A stretch of 64,000 nt of DNA from Dehalococcoidia bacterium (GTDB lineage Bacteria; Chloroflexota; Dehalococcoidia; Lucifugimonadales; UBA3495): contig OZ247430.1 of assembly GCA_965232895.1 (NCBI GenBank), positions 131,388-195,387 of the forward strand, in the 5' to 3' direction. Each line of letters begins with the position of its first letter. Position 1 is the stretch's first letter. Shown here piece by piece: positions 25,897-37,014 of this stretch. The notes under the pieces were generated by a model. That model was not told the origin of the DNA. It saw only the letters and a program-made list of their open reading frames with translations, and made no database searches. Both the position numbers and the translations under genes were made by a program.

Positions 25897-26712
25897 CTAC
25901 GCCGACGCCTGGCCGGATCCGGGGGCCGACGGAACATCGATGCGGAGCAGGCGGCTCAGGTTTGCCGTCGTCACTTCCGCCACCTCCTCCACTGAGATGC
26001 CCTTGACGGTGGCCAGGCACCAGGCCACGTCGGCCAGGTGGCGCGGCTCCGTCCAGTTGTGCCGGTACTTCTTGAACGGCTGCGGGTACGCGTCGGTTTC
26101 CAGCACGATGTTTTCCAGCGGAATATCGCGGGCGACTTCGCGCAGTTCCTCGAGTCGAGTCAGCGGGCGGGCCAGGGAGATGAAGAAGCCGCAATCGATG
26201 GCCTCCCGCGCCGTTTCGGCGTCCCCCTGGAAGTAGTGCATCGCGCCGCCAACCAGGCCGGCGTTCTCCTCGCGCAATACCTTGAAAACCGCCGGATGCG
26301 ACTCCCGCGAGTGGAAGATGATCGGCAGGCCCAGGCTCTTGGCCAGGTGGATGTGCGCCCGAAACACTTGATCCTGCACCTCGTGGTCGGGCGAGGAGGG
26401 CAGGTAATCCAGTCCAACCTCGGAGATGCACACCACGCGCGGGTTGTCGCGGGCCAGGGCCTCCAGCCGGCCGTAAGCCTCATCGTTCACCGGATCGTCG
26501 GCCTGCATGGGGTGGATGCCCACGCCGGCGTAGAACATCGGGTGCTCGTCAGCCAGCGCGATGCAGCGCTCGGTGGAGTCGATGGTGGTCCCAGCCAGGA
26601 GGATGTATCCCACGCCGGCCTCGCTCGCCCGTTCCAGGATACCGGGTATTTCCTCCGGCACGTACTGGTCCAGGTGGGTGTGGGCGTCGCAGTAGATTGG
26701 CGTCGTTGGCAT
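25897..26712 (-). CDS. TatD-family metal-dependent hydrolase
   Basis: Motifs CDAHTHLDQ, GVGIHP, ISEVGLDY, IFHSRE, GGAMHYF and LETDAYP. Confidence 0.85.
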   Translation of the reverse strand: MPTTPIYCDAHTHLDQYVPEEIPGILERASEAGVGYILLAGTTIDSTERCIALADEHPMFYAGVGIHPMQADDPVNDEAYGRLEALARDNPRVVCISEVGLDYLPSSPDHEVQDQVFRAHIHLAKSLGLPIIFHSRESHPAVFKVLREENAGLVGGAMHYFQGDAETAREAIDCGFFISLARPLTRLEELREVARDIPLENIVLETDAYPQPFKKYRHNWTEPRHLADVAWCLATVKGISVEEVAEVTTANLSRLLRIDVPSAPGSGQASA

Positions 26713-26857
26713 AAGCGAAATTCCCCAGCGTCGACGTTGCCGACCGGCGCTGCGCAGAGTATAGCAGAGGATGGTCGAAGCCATGGTCTCCGGGCAGTTC
26801 GGGGAGCGATCTTACCTGCTTCCTGACGGGAGCGTAATGTGAACAGTTACCAAGGTG

Positions 26858-26988
26858 CAGGGCCTGTGCAAAGCCGCTTCATCCGCTCATGGTGAGCCTG
26901 TCGAACCATCCACCGATTTGCAGAAGTATCCTTCGACAAGCTCAGGATGAGCGGTAAAGGGCTATAAGGCGACTTTGCACAGGCCCTG
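26858..26988. repeat. 131-bp nested palindromic element upstream of sufB
   Basis: The outer 16-bp arms are perfect: cagggcctgtgcaaag (26858..26873) and ctttgcacaggccctg (26973..26988). The inner arms are imperfect: catccgctcatggtgagcctgtcgaa and ttcgacaagctcaggatgagcgg. Confidence 0.7.
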
Positions 26989-27007
26989 GCATGAAGCGCC
27001 GCTGTCG

Positions 27008-27036
27008 TTGACAGAACTGGTAGGCTGGTCTACGAT
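27008..27036 (+). promoter_or_regulatory. sigma70-like promoter of the suf operon
   Basis: TTGACA (27008..27013), a 17-nt spacer, then TACGAT (27031..27036), about 85 nt upstream of the sufB start. Confidence 0.5.
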
Positions 27037-27121
27037 GATTGTTGACCTTAACGGTCGGGAATTATCGAAACGTCCGTCGGCGCGCCGCAAGCAATCGCCG
27101 GCCGGGGAGGAAGTGAGCCCA

Positions 27122-28594
<1,473 letters not shown>

Positions 28595-28653
28595 CGCCTC
28601 CGGCCCGCCAGGTTTCCCGTTTCCCTCCAAACATAAGGACTCGCAACACGAAG

Positions 28654-29442
28654 ATGACCACCGCCAACGAATCAGTTTCGCCTATCCTCGAGGTCAAGGA
28701 CCTCCGGGTGTCCATCGACGATCAGGAAATACTGCGGGGAGTGAACCTTGCCGTAAATCCGGGCGAAATCCACGCGATCATGGGCCCCAACGGGTCCGGC
28801 AAGAGCACCCTGGCCAACACCCTGGCCGGCCGCCCTGAATACACCGTCACCAGTGGATCGGCGATGTACAAGGGTATGGATCTGCTGAACATGGAGCCGG
28901 AAGACCGGGCCCGCGCGGGAGTGTTCCTGGCCTTCCAGTATCCGGTGGAACTGCCCGGCGTTCGCGCGTGGCAATTCCTCAAAGCCGCGGTGGACGCCAA
29001 GAGGGTCCACCTGGGCGAGGAGGAAATGGGCGCCCGCGAGTTTGATCAACTGCTCCGCAGCAAGGTTGCCGAGGTGGAAATCGACCCGGAATTGGTACGT
29101 CGCTCGGTCAACGAAGGCTTCTCCGGCGGTGAGAAAAAGCGCAACGAAGTGCTGCAAATGGCACTGCTGGAACCCACCCTTTCGCTCCTGGATGAGACTG
29201 ACTCCGGGCTGGACATTGACGCCCTGCGCATCGTCGCGGACGGCGTGAACCGCCTTCGCCGGCCGGACAACGCGGCGGTTGTGGTTACCCACTACCAGCG
29301 CATTCTGAGTTACATAACCCCCGATCAGGTGCACGTGCTGGTCGATGGCCGCATCGTCCGCAGCGGCGGCCCGGAACTGGCCGAAGAACTGGAGGCCCGG
29401 GGCTACGACTGGGTGCGCGAAGAAGCGGGATCCGCCGTCTAG
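28654..29442 (+). CDS. sufC: Fe-S cluster assembly ATPase SufC
   Basis: Walker A GPNGSGKST, FSGGEKKRNE and LLDETDSGLD. Start set at MTTANES. Confidence 0.9.
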   Translation: MTTANESVSPILEVKDLRVSIDDQEILRGVNLAVNPGEIHAIMGPNGSGKSTLANTLAGRPEYTVTSGSAMYKGMDLLNMEPEDRARAGVFLAFQYPVELPGVRAWQFLKAAVDAKRVHLGEEEMGAREFDQLLRSKVAEVEIDPELVRRSVNEGFSGGEKKRNEVLQMALLEPTLSLLDETDSGLDIDALRIVADGVNRLRRPDNAAVVVTHYQRILSYITPDQVHVLVDGRIVRSGGPELAEELEARGYDWVREEAGSAV

Positions 29443-29494
29443 CGCAGACTCTGGATCCTTTCGTATCGCTCGCCGCCGATACAGCGATTGCCTA

Positions 29495-29956
29495 ATGACG
29501 CCCCAAAACAACCCCACAGGCGCTGCCCTGACTGATGCGGACTGGAGCCGGCTGTCCTTTCAGACCCAGGAGTACGTGGCCGCGAGCTACGAGCTAATGG
29601 GCAAAGCCCACAACTACCTGCGACAGGGTGACCTGCGACAGGCATCCGAAAAGGGATGGGGTTCGGCGGCACAGATTGTCAAGGCGGTGGCGGAGCATTG
29701 GAAGGACGCCCAGGTCGTCCATGGGAGACATCAGGATTTGCGGGCTCTGGTGGCAGGTTTGGCCACCGCAGAGCGGGAGCCCGACTTGGACCGCTCGTTC
29801 CACGCTGCCCAAGACTTGCACGAGAACTTTTACGAGAACAACTTGCCAGCGTATATCGTGGATTTGGACCTGAGACAGGTCGACGAATTCAGATCCAGGA
29901 TATTGCCGCAATTGCGACGACCCCAGCCCCCGCGCGAGTTTCGTCAGGGTTTCTAA
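29495..29956 (+). CDS. small helical protein, PaREP1/HEPN-like, inserted between sufC and sufD
   Basis: 153 aa. GDLRQASEKGWGSAAQIVKAVAEHW ... HAAQDLHENFYEN resembles the archaeal PaREP1 pattern as I remember it. Codon usage looks native. Confidence 0.45.
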   Translation: MTPQNNPTGAALTDADWSRLSFQTQEYVAASYELMGKAHNYLRQGDLRQASEKGWGSAAQIVKAVAEHWKDAQVVHGRHQDLRALVAGLATAEREPDLDRSFHAAQDLHENFYENNLPAYIVDLDLRQVDEFRSRILPQLRRPQPPREFRQGF

Positions 29957-29989
29957 ACACTCAACAACCAGCACTGCCGAGCGAGCCGA

Positions 29990-31351
29990 ATGACCACAAT
30001 TGCCCCAGCGCCAGCCTCCGAAACCTATCCTCACTACGCGGCCGCGTACGCTGCGCAGCCGGCCAGCAACTCCCTGGTTATCCAGGGACTCAGGGAGCGC
30101 GGCTGGGAAGCGTTCAACCGACTCGGACTGCCCACCGCCAGACGCGGCAACGAACCGTGGAAGTACACCAACGCCGGCCCCATTGCCCGCGTGAACTTCG
30201 CGCATGGCGACCTCGCCTCCGGCGGGGAAGCGGAGCCAACCCAGGCGGAGGCGCGCGCCGTTGCGCCCTGGCAGTCGGACTGGCGCAACCTGGTGGTTGT
30301 GGACGGAGTCTTCGTTCCGGGCCTGTCGACCGTAAACGGCGACGGTCCGGGTATCGCCGCGGGCCTGGGCGATGCGATGCTGTCGGATCCCGAACTTGGC
30401 GCGAAAGTGCTGGGCTATCTGGCGACCCCCGATGACGACGGGTTCGCCGCGCTCAATACCGCCTTTGCGGGCGATGGCGTGGGCATCTCGGCGCCGGCGG
30501 GAACGGATGCCGGCGTCATCAACGTCGTTTACCTGACCACCGGCCGTGGACAACCGCGAGCCACCCACCCGCGCCTCGTAATCTCTGCCGCTCCTGGTTC
30601 CCGCGTCACCGTCATCGAGACCTTCGTCGGTCCTGACGTGCGCTACCTGACCAACGCCGTGATGGAAACCGCGGTGGGAGAGGGAGCCAGCGTAGAACAC
30701 TACCGCCTCCTGCTCGAGGGCCCGGAAGCCTACCACGTCGGCGTGAGCCGGGTTGTGCAGCAAAAGGACTCCGCCTTCTCCTCGGTAGCCATCGCCCACG
30801 GAGCGGCGCTGGGCCGCAACGATTTTGGCGTCACTCTGGCCGGAACCGGAGCGGAGTGCACGCTCAATGGCTTGTACCTCACCAACGGCACGCAGCACAT
30901 CGACAACTACATCAACATTGACCACGCGGAGCCCTACGGCACCAGTCGGCTGTTCTATAAGGGAATCCTGGACGGCCATTCCCGGGCCGTGTTCGGCGGC
31001 AATGTAACTGTGCGCAAAGACGCGCAAAAGACCGACGCCCAACAAACCGACAAGAACCTGCTCCTGTCTGAAGAAGCCGAGGTCGACAGCAAGCCCAGCC
31101 TCCTGATATACGCCGATGACGTGAAATGCGGGCACGGCGCGACGGCGGGGCATATCGACGAGGACACGGTGTTCTACATGCGCAGTCGGGGACTGGATCT
31201 GCCGACAGTCAGCCGGATCCTGATCCACGCCTTCGCCAGCGAAATCATCGACACGGTGGCGCTGGAGCCGTTGCGGGAGTATCTCGACGAACGGTTCCGG
31301 AACGCCATCCCTTCCGCCAGCATCGCCCTGCCCATCGGAGGCCGCTCGTGA
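29990..31351 (+). CDS. sufD: Fe-S cluster assembly protein SufD
   Basis: Motifs EPWKYTN and a C-terminal beta-helix (LLLSEEAEVDSKPSLLIYADDVKCGHGAT). Confidence 0.85.
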   Translation: MTTIAPAPASETYPHYAAAYAAQPASNSLVIQGLRERGWEAFNRLGLPTARRGNEPWKYTNAGPIARVNFAHGDLASGGEAEPTQAEARAVAPWQSDWRNLVVVDGVFVPGLSTVNGDGPGIAAGLGDAMLSDPELGAKVLGYLATPDDDGFAALNTAFAGDGVGISAPAGTDAGVINVVYLTTGRGQPRATHPRLVISAAPGSRVTVIETFVGPDVRYLTNAVMETAVGEGASVEHYRLLLEGPEAYHVGVSRVVQQKDSAFSSVAIAHGAALGRNDFGVTLAGTGAECTLNGLYLTNGTQHIDNYINIDHAEPYGTSRLFYKGILDGHSRAVFGGNVTVRKDAQKTDAQQTDKNLLLSEEAEVDSKPSLLIYADDVKCGHGATAGHIDEDTVFYMRSRGLDLPTVSRILIHAFASEIIDTVALEPLREYLDERFRNAIPSASIALPIGGRS

Positions 31352-32616
31352 CCGCCGCTACTGCGAACGCCCACGCTTTTTTCTCCGGCTCGCTGACCAA
31401 CGGCGACGTCGCGCGCATCCGCCGGGACTTCCCGATCCTGGATCAGCTCGTCAACGGAAAACCCCTGGTCTATCTGGACAACGCGGCCACTACCCAAAAG
31501 CCGCGGCCAGTTATCGATGCCATCAGCAACTACTACCTGCACAACAACTCCAACGTGCACCGGGGCGTGCACACGCTGAGCCAACGGGCCACCGACGATT
31601 ACGAGGCGGGTCGTGAGGCGATCCGCCGGTTCATCAACGCCCCGGACGCCTCAGAGATCATCTACGTGCGGGGCACGACCGAGGGTCTGAACCTCGTCGC
31701 CAGCAGCTACGGGCGCAAATTCTTCCAGGCTGGGGATGAGGTCATCATCACCGGCATGGAACACCACTCCAACATCGTCCCGTGGCAGATCTTGGGCAAA
31801 GAAATCGGCATCCGCCTGCGGGTCATACCTTTCAACGACCAGGGCGAACTGCTGATGGACGAGTACGAGAGCATGCTGAACGAGCGCACTCGGCTCGTAT
31901 CCGTGGTGCATCAGTCCAACGCGTTGGGCACCATTAACCCGGTGTCGTCCATCATCGAGTTGGCCCATGCCCGTGGCATTCCAGTAATGGTTGACGCCGC
32001 GCAATCGATACCGCACCTGCCCATCGACGTGCAGGCCATGGGCGCCGATTTCCTGACTTTCTCCGGCCACAAGATGTACGGACCCACCGGCATCGGCGTG
32101 CTGTGGGGACGGGCGGATCTGCTGAACGACATGCCCCCGTACCAGTCGGGCGGCGAGATGATTCGCTCGGTCACTTACGAGGAAACGATTTACAGCGTCA
32201 TCCCGCACAAGTTCGAGGCCGGCACTCCGGACATCGCCGGCGCCATCGGACTCGGGGCAGCCGTCGAGTACCTGGAAGCCATCGGCATGGACCGCATCGC
32301 CGCATACGAGCACGCGCTGATGCGCTACGGCGCCGAGCGTCTTGCCGCGACCGAAGGGGTGAGGCTGATCGGAACGGCGGAAAATCGTGGCGGCATCCTG
32401 TCGTTTTACATGGAATCGGCGCACGCCCACGACATCGGTACCATCCTGGACGCCGAGGGCATCGCGGTGCGTACCGGTCACCATTGCGCCCAGCCCGTGA
32501 TGGCGCGCTATGAAATTCCGGCGACGGTGCGGGCATCCCTGTCGTTTTACAATACCACCGAGGAAATTGACACCCTGATCAAGGGGATTGATCGGGTCAT
32601 TGAGGTTTTCGGCTGA
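31348..32616 (+). CDS. sufS: cysteine desulfurase SufS
   Basis: GTG start overlapping the sufD stop (GTGA). Motifs VYLDNAATTQKP, FSGHKMYGPTG and RTGHHCAQP. Confidence 0.9.
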   Translation: MTAATANAHAFFSGSLTNGDVARIRRDFPILDQLVNGKPLVYLDNAATTQKPRPVIDAISNYYLHNNSNVHRGVHTLSQRATDDYEAGREAIRRFINAPDASEIIYVRGTTEGLNLVASSYGRKFFQAGDEVIITGMEHHSNIVPWQILGKEIGIRLRVIPFNDQGELLMDEYESMLNERTRLVSVVHQSNALGTINPVSSIIELAHARGIPVMVDAAQSIPHLPIDVQAMGADFLTFSGHKMYGPTGIGVLWGRADLLNDMPPYQSGGEMIRSVTYEETIYSVIPHKFEAGTPDIAGAIGLGAAVEYLEAIGMDRIAAYEHALMRYGAERLAATEGVRLIGTAENRGGILSFYMESAHAHDIGTILDAEGIAVRTGHHCAQPVMARYEIPATVRASLSFYNTTEEIDTLIKGIDRVIEVFG

Positions 32617-33065
32617 TGGCATCGGATCTGAGCGATCTCTACCAGGAAATCCTGCTCGAACACAACCGGCGGCCCCGCAACTTTCGCACCCTGGAGGACG
32701 CCACCCACCACGCGGACGGCTTCAATCCGCTGTGCGGCGACGAAATATCGTTGCAGCTTCGGCTGCACGATGACACGGTCGGCGACGTGGGTTTCCAGGG
32801 ACACGGCTGCGCGATCAGCCGCGCTTCCGCTTCCCTGCTGACGCAGGCGGTCAAGGGCGCTTCGACCTCTGACGCCATCGCCATGTTCGACGAGTTTCAC
32901 CGGATGCTCACGGAACCCGACGCCGAACTCGACTACGACCTGCTGGGCGACCTGGAAATGCTGGCCGGCGTGATCGCGTATCCCACCCGGATCAAGTGCG
33001 CCGTCCTGGCCTGGCACACGCTGAAAGCGGCCATGGACGGCGAGGGCGTCGCCTCCACTGAATAG
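32616..33065 (+). CDS. sufU: SUF-type Fe-S scaffold/sulfur acceptor SufU
   Basis: Motifs NPLCGDE, GHGCAISRASAS and IKCAVLAW. Three Cys and the Asp are conserved. TGATG overlap with sufS. Confidence 0.85.
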   Translation: MASDLSDLYQEILLEHNRRPRNFRTLEDATHHADGFNPLCGDEISLQLRLHDDTVGDVGFQGHGCAISRASASLLTQAVKGASTSDAIAMFDEFHRMLTEPDAELDYDLLGDLEMLAGVIAYPTRIKCAVLAWHTLKAAMDGEGVASTE

Positions 33066-33094
33066 GCGATAGACGCCTCCCTGGGCTCGTCCCG

Positions 33095-33556
33095 ATGGCT
33101 CCCCTGCCCGACAACCCCGACGCGCTCTACGGCGACGTCATCATGGACCACTATCGCCGACCGCGCCATCGCGCGCCTTTGTCGTATGCGGACGTCGAAG
33201 CCGAGGAGTTCAATCCCTTCTGCGGAGACCGGGCTACGCTCCAATTGCGCCTCAATCACGCGGCCGGGCGCTCACCCTCCATCCAGGACGTGAGCGCCCA
33301 CGCTGAGGGGTGCAGCATAATCCAGGCATCCGCTTCGCTGTTGGCCGACAACCTGCACGGCCGAACCGTGGAGCAGGCTGCCGACCTGTCCCAGCTGTTC
33401 CGAGACTTGATGCAGGGGAAGCCGCTGCCGCCGGTGGCGCTGTCCGAGCTCGGCGACCTCGAGGCCCTGGAAGTGGTCCGCCAATACCCCGTGCGCGTCA
33501 AGTGTGCCCTGCTTCCGTGGGTAGCGCTGGAAGAAGGGTTGCGCCGGTTGCGTTAG
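33095..33556 (+). CDS. second SufU-like paralogue
   Basis: NPFCGDR, AEGCSIIQASAS and VKCALLPW keep the same Cys/Asp positions. Confidence 0.7.
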   Translation: MAPLPDNPDALYGDVIMDHYRRPRHRAPLSYADVEAEEFNPFCGDRATLQLRLNHAAGRSPSIQDVSAHAEGCSIIQASASLLADNLHGRTVEQAADLSQLFRDLMQGKPLPPVALSELGDLEALEVVRQYPVRVKCALLPWVALEEGLRRLR

Positions 33557-33717
33557 GCGCAGATGAGTTTAGCAATCGGCCTTGACTCTCGATCCCAACC
33601 CACGAAACTCCAAATCTCCAGATCTGTGCGCCGCTCGTAGCCCTTGAGCAGTCATCAGAGTTGCCAGTGTTGGAACGACGCCAACACCCGTAGTGGCGGG
33701 TCCAAATGTGGCCGGAG

Positions 33718-34218
33718 TCATTTGCCCTGTAATCCCCTCAGATAGGCGATGTGCCCCACGTGCTGGTACATCTCGCCGATGATCTGGCGGAACATGGCGC
33801 CCAGCGACATCTCGGGGCGTCGCTCCCGGGGGACGCGTTCCATATCCTCCGGGGTCAGCGTGTCCAGATATGCCAGCGTGGACTGCCGCACTGAGGCGCG
33901 GTACCGGAGAAACTCCCCGAGATCCACGCCGGGGAAGTTGTTCACCTGCTCGGCGGTATGTCCGAAGCCGTTGTCACGGGTGGGCAGGCCGAACTTCTCG
34001 TGCCAACCCTCGGTCTCCCACAGCTCCGTCTGGAACTGGGCAAAGAACTGGATCCACATATCCTCGACGCGGACCATGTGCCAGAGAATCCAGCCGATGG
34101 AATTTGCGTCGGCCGCCGGCTGCCAGGCGAGTTCGTCCTGACCCAAACCGTCGAGGGCATCCGTCAGGAAGCCGTTTTCCTTGTCGAGCGCGTCAGCGAT
34201 GAATTCGTTGAGAGTCAT
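33718..34218 (-). CDS. DinB-family protein
   Basis: Start at MTLNEF with GGAGG upstream. Motifs WILWHMVRVED and GHIAYLRG. Confidence 0.8.
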   Translation of the reverse strand: MTLNEFIADALDKENGFLTDALDGLGQDELAWQPAADANSIGWILWHMVRVEDMWIQFFAQFQTELWETEGWHEKFGLPTRDNGFGHTAEQVNNFPGVDLGEFLRYRASVRQSTLAYLDTLTPEDMERVPRERRPEMSLGAMFRQIIGEMYQHVGHIAYLRGLQGK

Positions 34219-34237
34219 TCGGTGACCTCCCGGTCCA

Positions 34238-34747
34238 TCAGGCGGCAGCGGGCACCAGGGTGCGTGCTCCCATCTCGCGGTCCAGCAGCAGCAGGGCGTC
34301 GCTGCGGCCGGCCACTTTGTCCAGGGAGGCAATCACGTCCCGGGCCGTCTTCTCTTCTTCAACCTGCTCGTTGACAAACCACTGCAGCATGACCTGGCTC
34401 GCGAAATCGGCAGACTCGGCAGCAACGGCGTACAGCTGGTTGATTAATTGGGAAACGTGCTGCTCGTGTTCAAGGGTCTGACGCATCACGTCTTCCACGG
34501 CATCGAACTCGATGGGCGGCTGTTCGATGGGGAGCAGCGTAACCCGCCCGTCCCGGTCTTCCAGGTAGGTCAGGAGACGCATGGCGTGGTCGTATTCCTC
34601 CTGGCTCTGGATGCGCATCCAATGAGCGAAACCGGGCAGGTCGATGGAATCGCAGTAGGTGGACATCGACAGGTAAAGGTACGACGAGTAGAACTCGGCG
34701 TTGATGTGGCGATTGAACGCCTCCTGCAAGGCGGTGCTGACGGCCAT
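34238..34747 (-). CDS. ferritin (non-haem, Ftn-type)
   Basis: Motifs NAEFYSSYLYLSM, QEEYDHAMRL and EHEQHVS. Confidence 0.85.
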   Translation of the reverse strand: MAVSTALQEAFNRHINAEFYSSYLYLSMSTYCDSIDLPGFAHWMRIQSQEEYDHAMRLLTYLEDRDGRVTLLPIEQPPIEFDAVEDVMRQTLEHEQHVSQLINQLYAVAAESADFASQVMLQWFVNEQVEEEKTARDVIASLDKVAGRSDALLLLDREMGARTLVPAAA

Positions 34748-34821
34748 GTTGGTACTCCGCGTTAATATCCCTTGGCGGCATCAGGGAATAGGCGATGAAA
34801 ACCTGTTTGTTGCTCCGGAGC

Positions 34822-35616
34822 TCAGTCGTGGAGGAAACCCAGGACGGTGTCGAAGAACGCCTCGGGTCGTTCCACTTGTGGTATGTGACCGCATTGCGGG
34901 ATGACGGTCAACGTGGCGTTGGGCAGCAGGTCACGGAAAGCCTCACCGTATTCCGGGGGAATCACCTGGTCAGAATCTCCCCAGACGATCAGGGTGGGCA
35001 TCACGATGCGATGGGCCCTTTTGGTTAGGCCGCGCTCCGGAATTGGCCAGGTGAACTTGGCGACCGATTGCAGGGTCTGGATGCGGTCCAGGGTGTGTTC
35101 CAGCCGCGCCTCCGGCTCCGTGGGTTGCGCAACGGAGGCGTGGGCCAGATCCCCGTCGGAGTCGTGCCAGAGCATCTCGCGCCGCTCGTCGGGCGTGAGG
35201 ATGAAGAAGTCGGCAACAGGTTTGTCCTCCAGCCACAGTCCCAACGAGTTCACCAGGACCAGACGGGAAATGCGATCCGGGCGGTGGGCGGCCAGTTCAG
35301 CGGCGCAGAACCCGCCGTAGGAATGCCCGATCAGATGGCATCGCTCGATTCCCAGGGCGTCAAGGAACTCTTCGAAGAACTGCACCAGGTCCCAGAGGTC
35401 GTCCAGATGGCTGAGACCCGTGGACTGGGCAACACCGGGATGCGCCGGCGCGTAAACGTGGTAGTCCTCCGCCAGCCGGTCCAGGTAATCCGGCCATCCG
35501 ACGTAACCGCCCGCGCCGTGCAGGTAAACCAGTGGGTCGCCGGAACCGCCTTCCGCGACCTGGACATTGAACATCCCGCCACGGACGGACACCATACGCT
35601 CAGTGTGAGCAACCAT
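34822..35616 (-). CDS. alpha/beta hydrolase
   Basis: Motifs LHGAGG, nucleophile elbow GHSYGG and a C-terminal CGHIPQ. Start tentatively at MVAHTERM. Confidence 0.75.
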   Translation of the reverse strand: MVAHTERMVSVRGGMFNVQVAEGGSGDPLVYLHGAGGYVGWPDYLDRLAEDYHVYAPAHPGVAQSTGLSHLDDLWDLVQFFEEFLDALGIERCHLIGHSYGGFCAAELAAHRPDRISRLVLVNSLGLWLEDKPVADFFILTPDERREMLWHDSDGDLAHASVAQPTEPEARLEHTLDRIQTLQSVAKFTWPIPERGLTKRAHRIVMPTLIVWGDSDQVIPPEYGEAFRDLLPNATLTVIPQCGHIPQVERPEAFFDTVLGFLHD

Positions 35617-35843
35617 CGGTGAAACACCTCGAATCCTGTCTAGACTTGTCGCATGACCGGTAATCGGGAACTCGCTGCCATCGTCGCCAACCAGGCCAGA
35701 CATTCCGAATACCAGCCCCGTAATACCATACCATAATCGTGCGGGTCGGTTGCCCGTGCCAGACATAGCGGGTCGTCGGCGCCGAGTTCCTGACCCGCAG
35801 CGCGTTGACGCCCATCAATACTTGCGGCACAATTGTCCGCGCT

Positions 35844-37010
35844 ATGAAACTCCACGAGTATCAAGCCAAGGCAATATTCGCCCGCTACGGTATTTCAGTG
35901 CCCGATGGTAGTTTGGCGCATACCGCCAGCGAAGCAGCGGCGGCAACCGAGTCGTTCGGTGGCCGGGCCGCCGTCAAAGCCCAGGTCCACGCCGGCGGTC
36001 GGGGCCTGGCCGGGGGCGTCAAGGTGGTGAGCAGCCCCGAAGAAGCCAGCAGCTTTGCGGCCGGTCTGTTGGGTTCCCGCCTCGTTACCAACCAGACCGA
36101 CGATGCCGGAGTGCCGATAGATTCGGTTCTGGTCGAATCGCTCGCCAACATCGGGAGCGAGATGTACGTGGCAGTGACCATGGACCGCGATCACCGGGGA
36201 CCGGTCTTGATCGCCAGCGCCGGCGGCGGGACCTCCATCGAGCAGTTGGCGTCCGAGGACCCCGACGCCATCATCACCGAGCCGGTCGATCCCGTCCTGG
36301 GATTGATGCCGTACCAGCGCCGCAGGGTGGCAACCCGCCTCGGCTTGAGTGGCCCGGCTTTGCGCGACGCTGCGGACGTACTCTCGGCCCTCTACCGCAT
36401 CTTCGTTGAAAATGATTGCTCGCTGGTAGAAGTAAACCCATTGATCGTAACCGGGGACGGTTCAATCATGGCCCTCGACGCTAAAATGGACGTCGAGGAC
36501 GACGCGCTGTTTCGTCATGCGGACCTGCAACAACTGCGGGACCGTAACCAGGAAGACCCCCTCGAAGCCGAAGCGGCAGACGACGATATCGCCTACGTGA
36601 GCCTGGACGGCTCCGTCGGATGCCTGGTCAACGGAGCGGGCCTGGCAATGGCGACGCTGGACGTCGCCAACGCCGCCGGCGCGCCGCCAGCCAATTTCCT
36701 AGACGTCGGGGGCGGCGCTACCGACGAAAAGGTGGCCAAGGCGGTCAGCATCATCCTGTCCGACCCGAAAGTTGATCGGGTGCTGGTCAACGTGTTCGGC
36801 GGCATCCTGCGCTGCGACGTGGCGGCCCGGGGCATCGTCCTGGCCTACGAGCAACTCCAGGCAAAGCAGCCGCTGGTGGTGCGCATGCTGGGCACCAACC
36901 TGGAAGAGGGAAAATCAATCCTCGCCGGCTCCGGTCTCAACGTCACTTTCGCCGACACCCTGACGGAAGTCACGGCGGCGCTGTCCAACAACACGCAGGC
37001 GGGCGCGTAG
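35844..37010 (+). CDS. sucC: succinate--CoA ligase subunit beta
   Basis: Motifs [22 protein letters not shown] and [11 protein letters not shown]. Confidence 0.9.
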   Translation: MKLHEYQAKAIFARYGISVPDGSLAHTASEAAAATESFGGRAAVKAQVHAGGRGLAGGVKVVSSPEEASSFAAGLLGSRLVTNQTDDAGVPIDSVLVESLANIGSEMYVAVTMDRDHRGPVLIASAGGGTSIEQLASEDPDAIITEPVDPVLGLMPYQRRRVATRLGLSGPALRDAADVLSALYRIFVENDCSLVEVNPLIVTGDGSIMALDAKMDVEDDALFRHADLQQLRDRNQEDPLEAEAADDDIAYVSLDGSVGCLVNGAGLAMATLDVANAAGAPPANFLDVGGGATDEKVAKAVSIILSDPKVDRVLVNVFGGILRCDVAARGIVLAYEQLQAKQPLVVRMLGTNLEEGKSILAGSGLNVTFADTLTEVTAALSNNTQAGA

Positions 37011-37014
37011 TCTC

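Noticed and set aside
25847-26431. Upstream extension of the tag ORF (352-aa track ORF)
   Set aside because: The extension overlaps tatD out of frame and is Arg/Gly/Pro-rich. The glycosylase homology starts only after MTTQEERQ.
29594-31228. 544-aa ORF on the minus strand
   Set aside because: It is entirely antisense to sufD and the PaREP1-like gene, whose identities are clear. Its translation is low-complexity and Arg/Gly/Val-rich, with no motifs. This is a typical high-GC shadow ORF.
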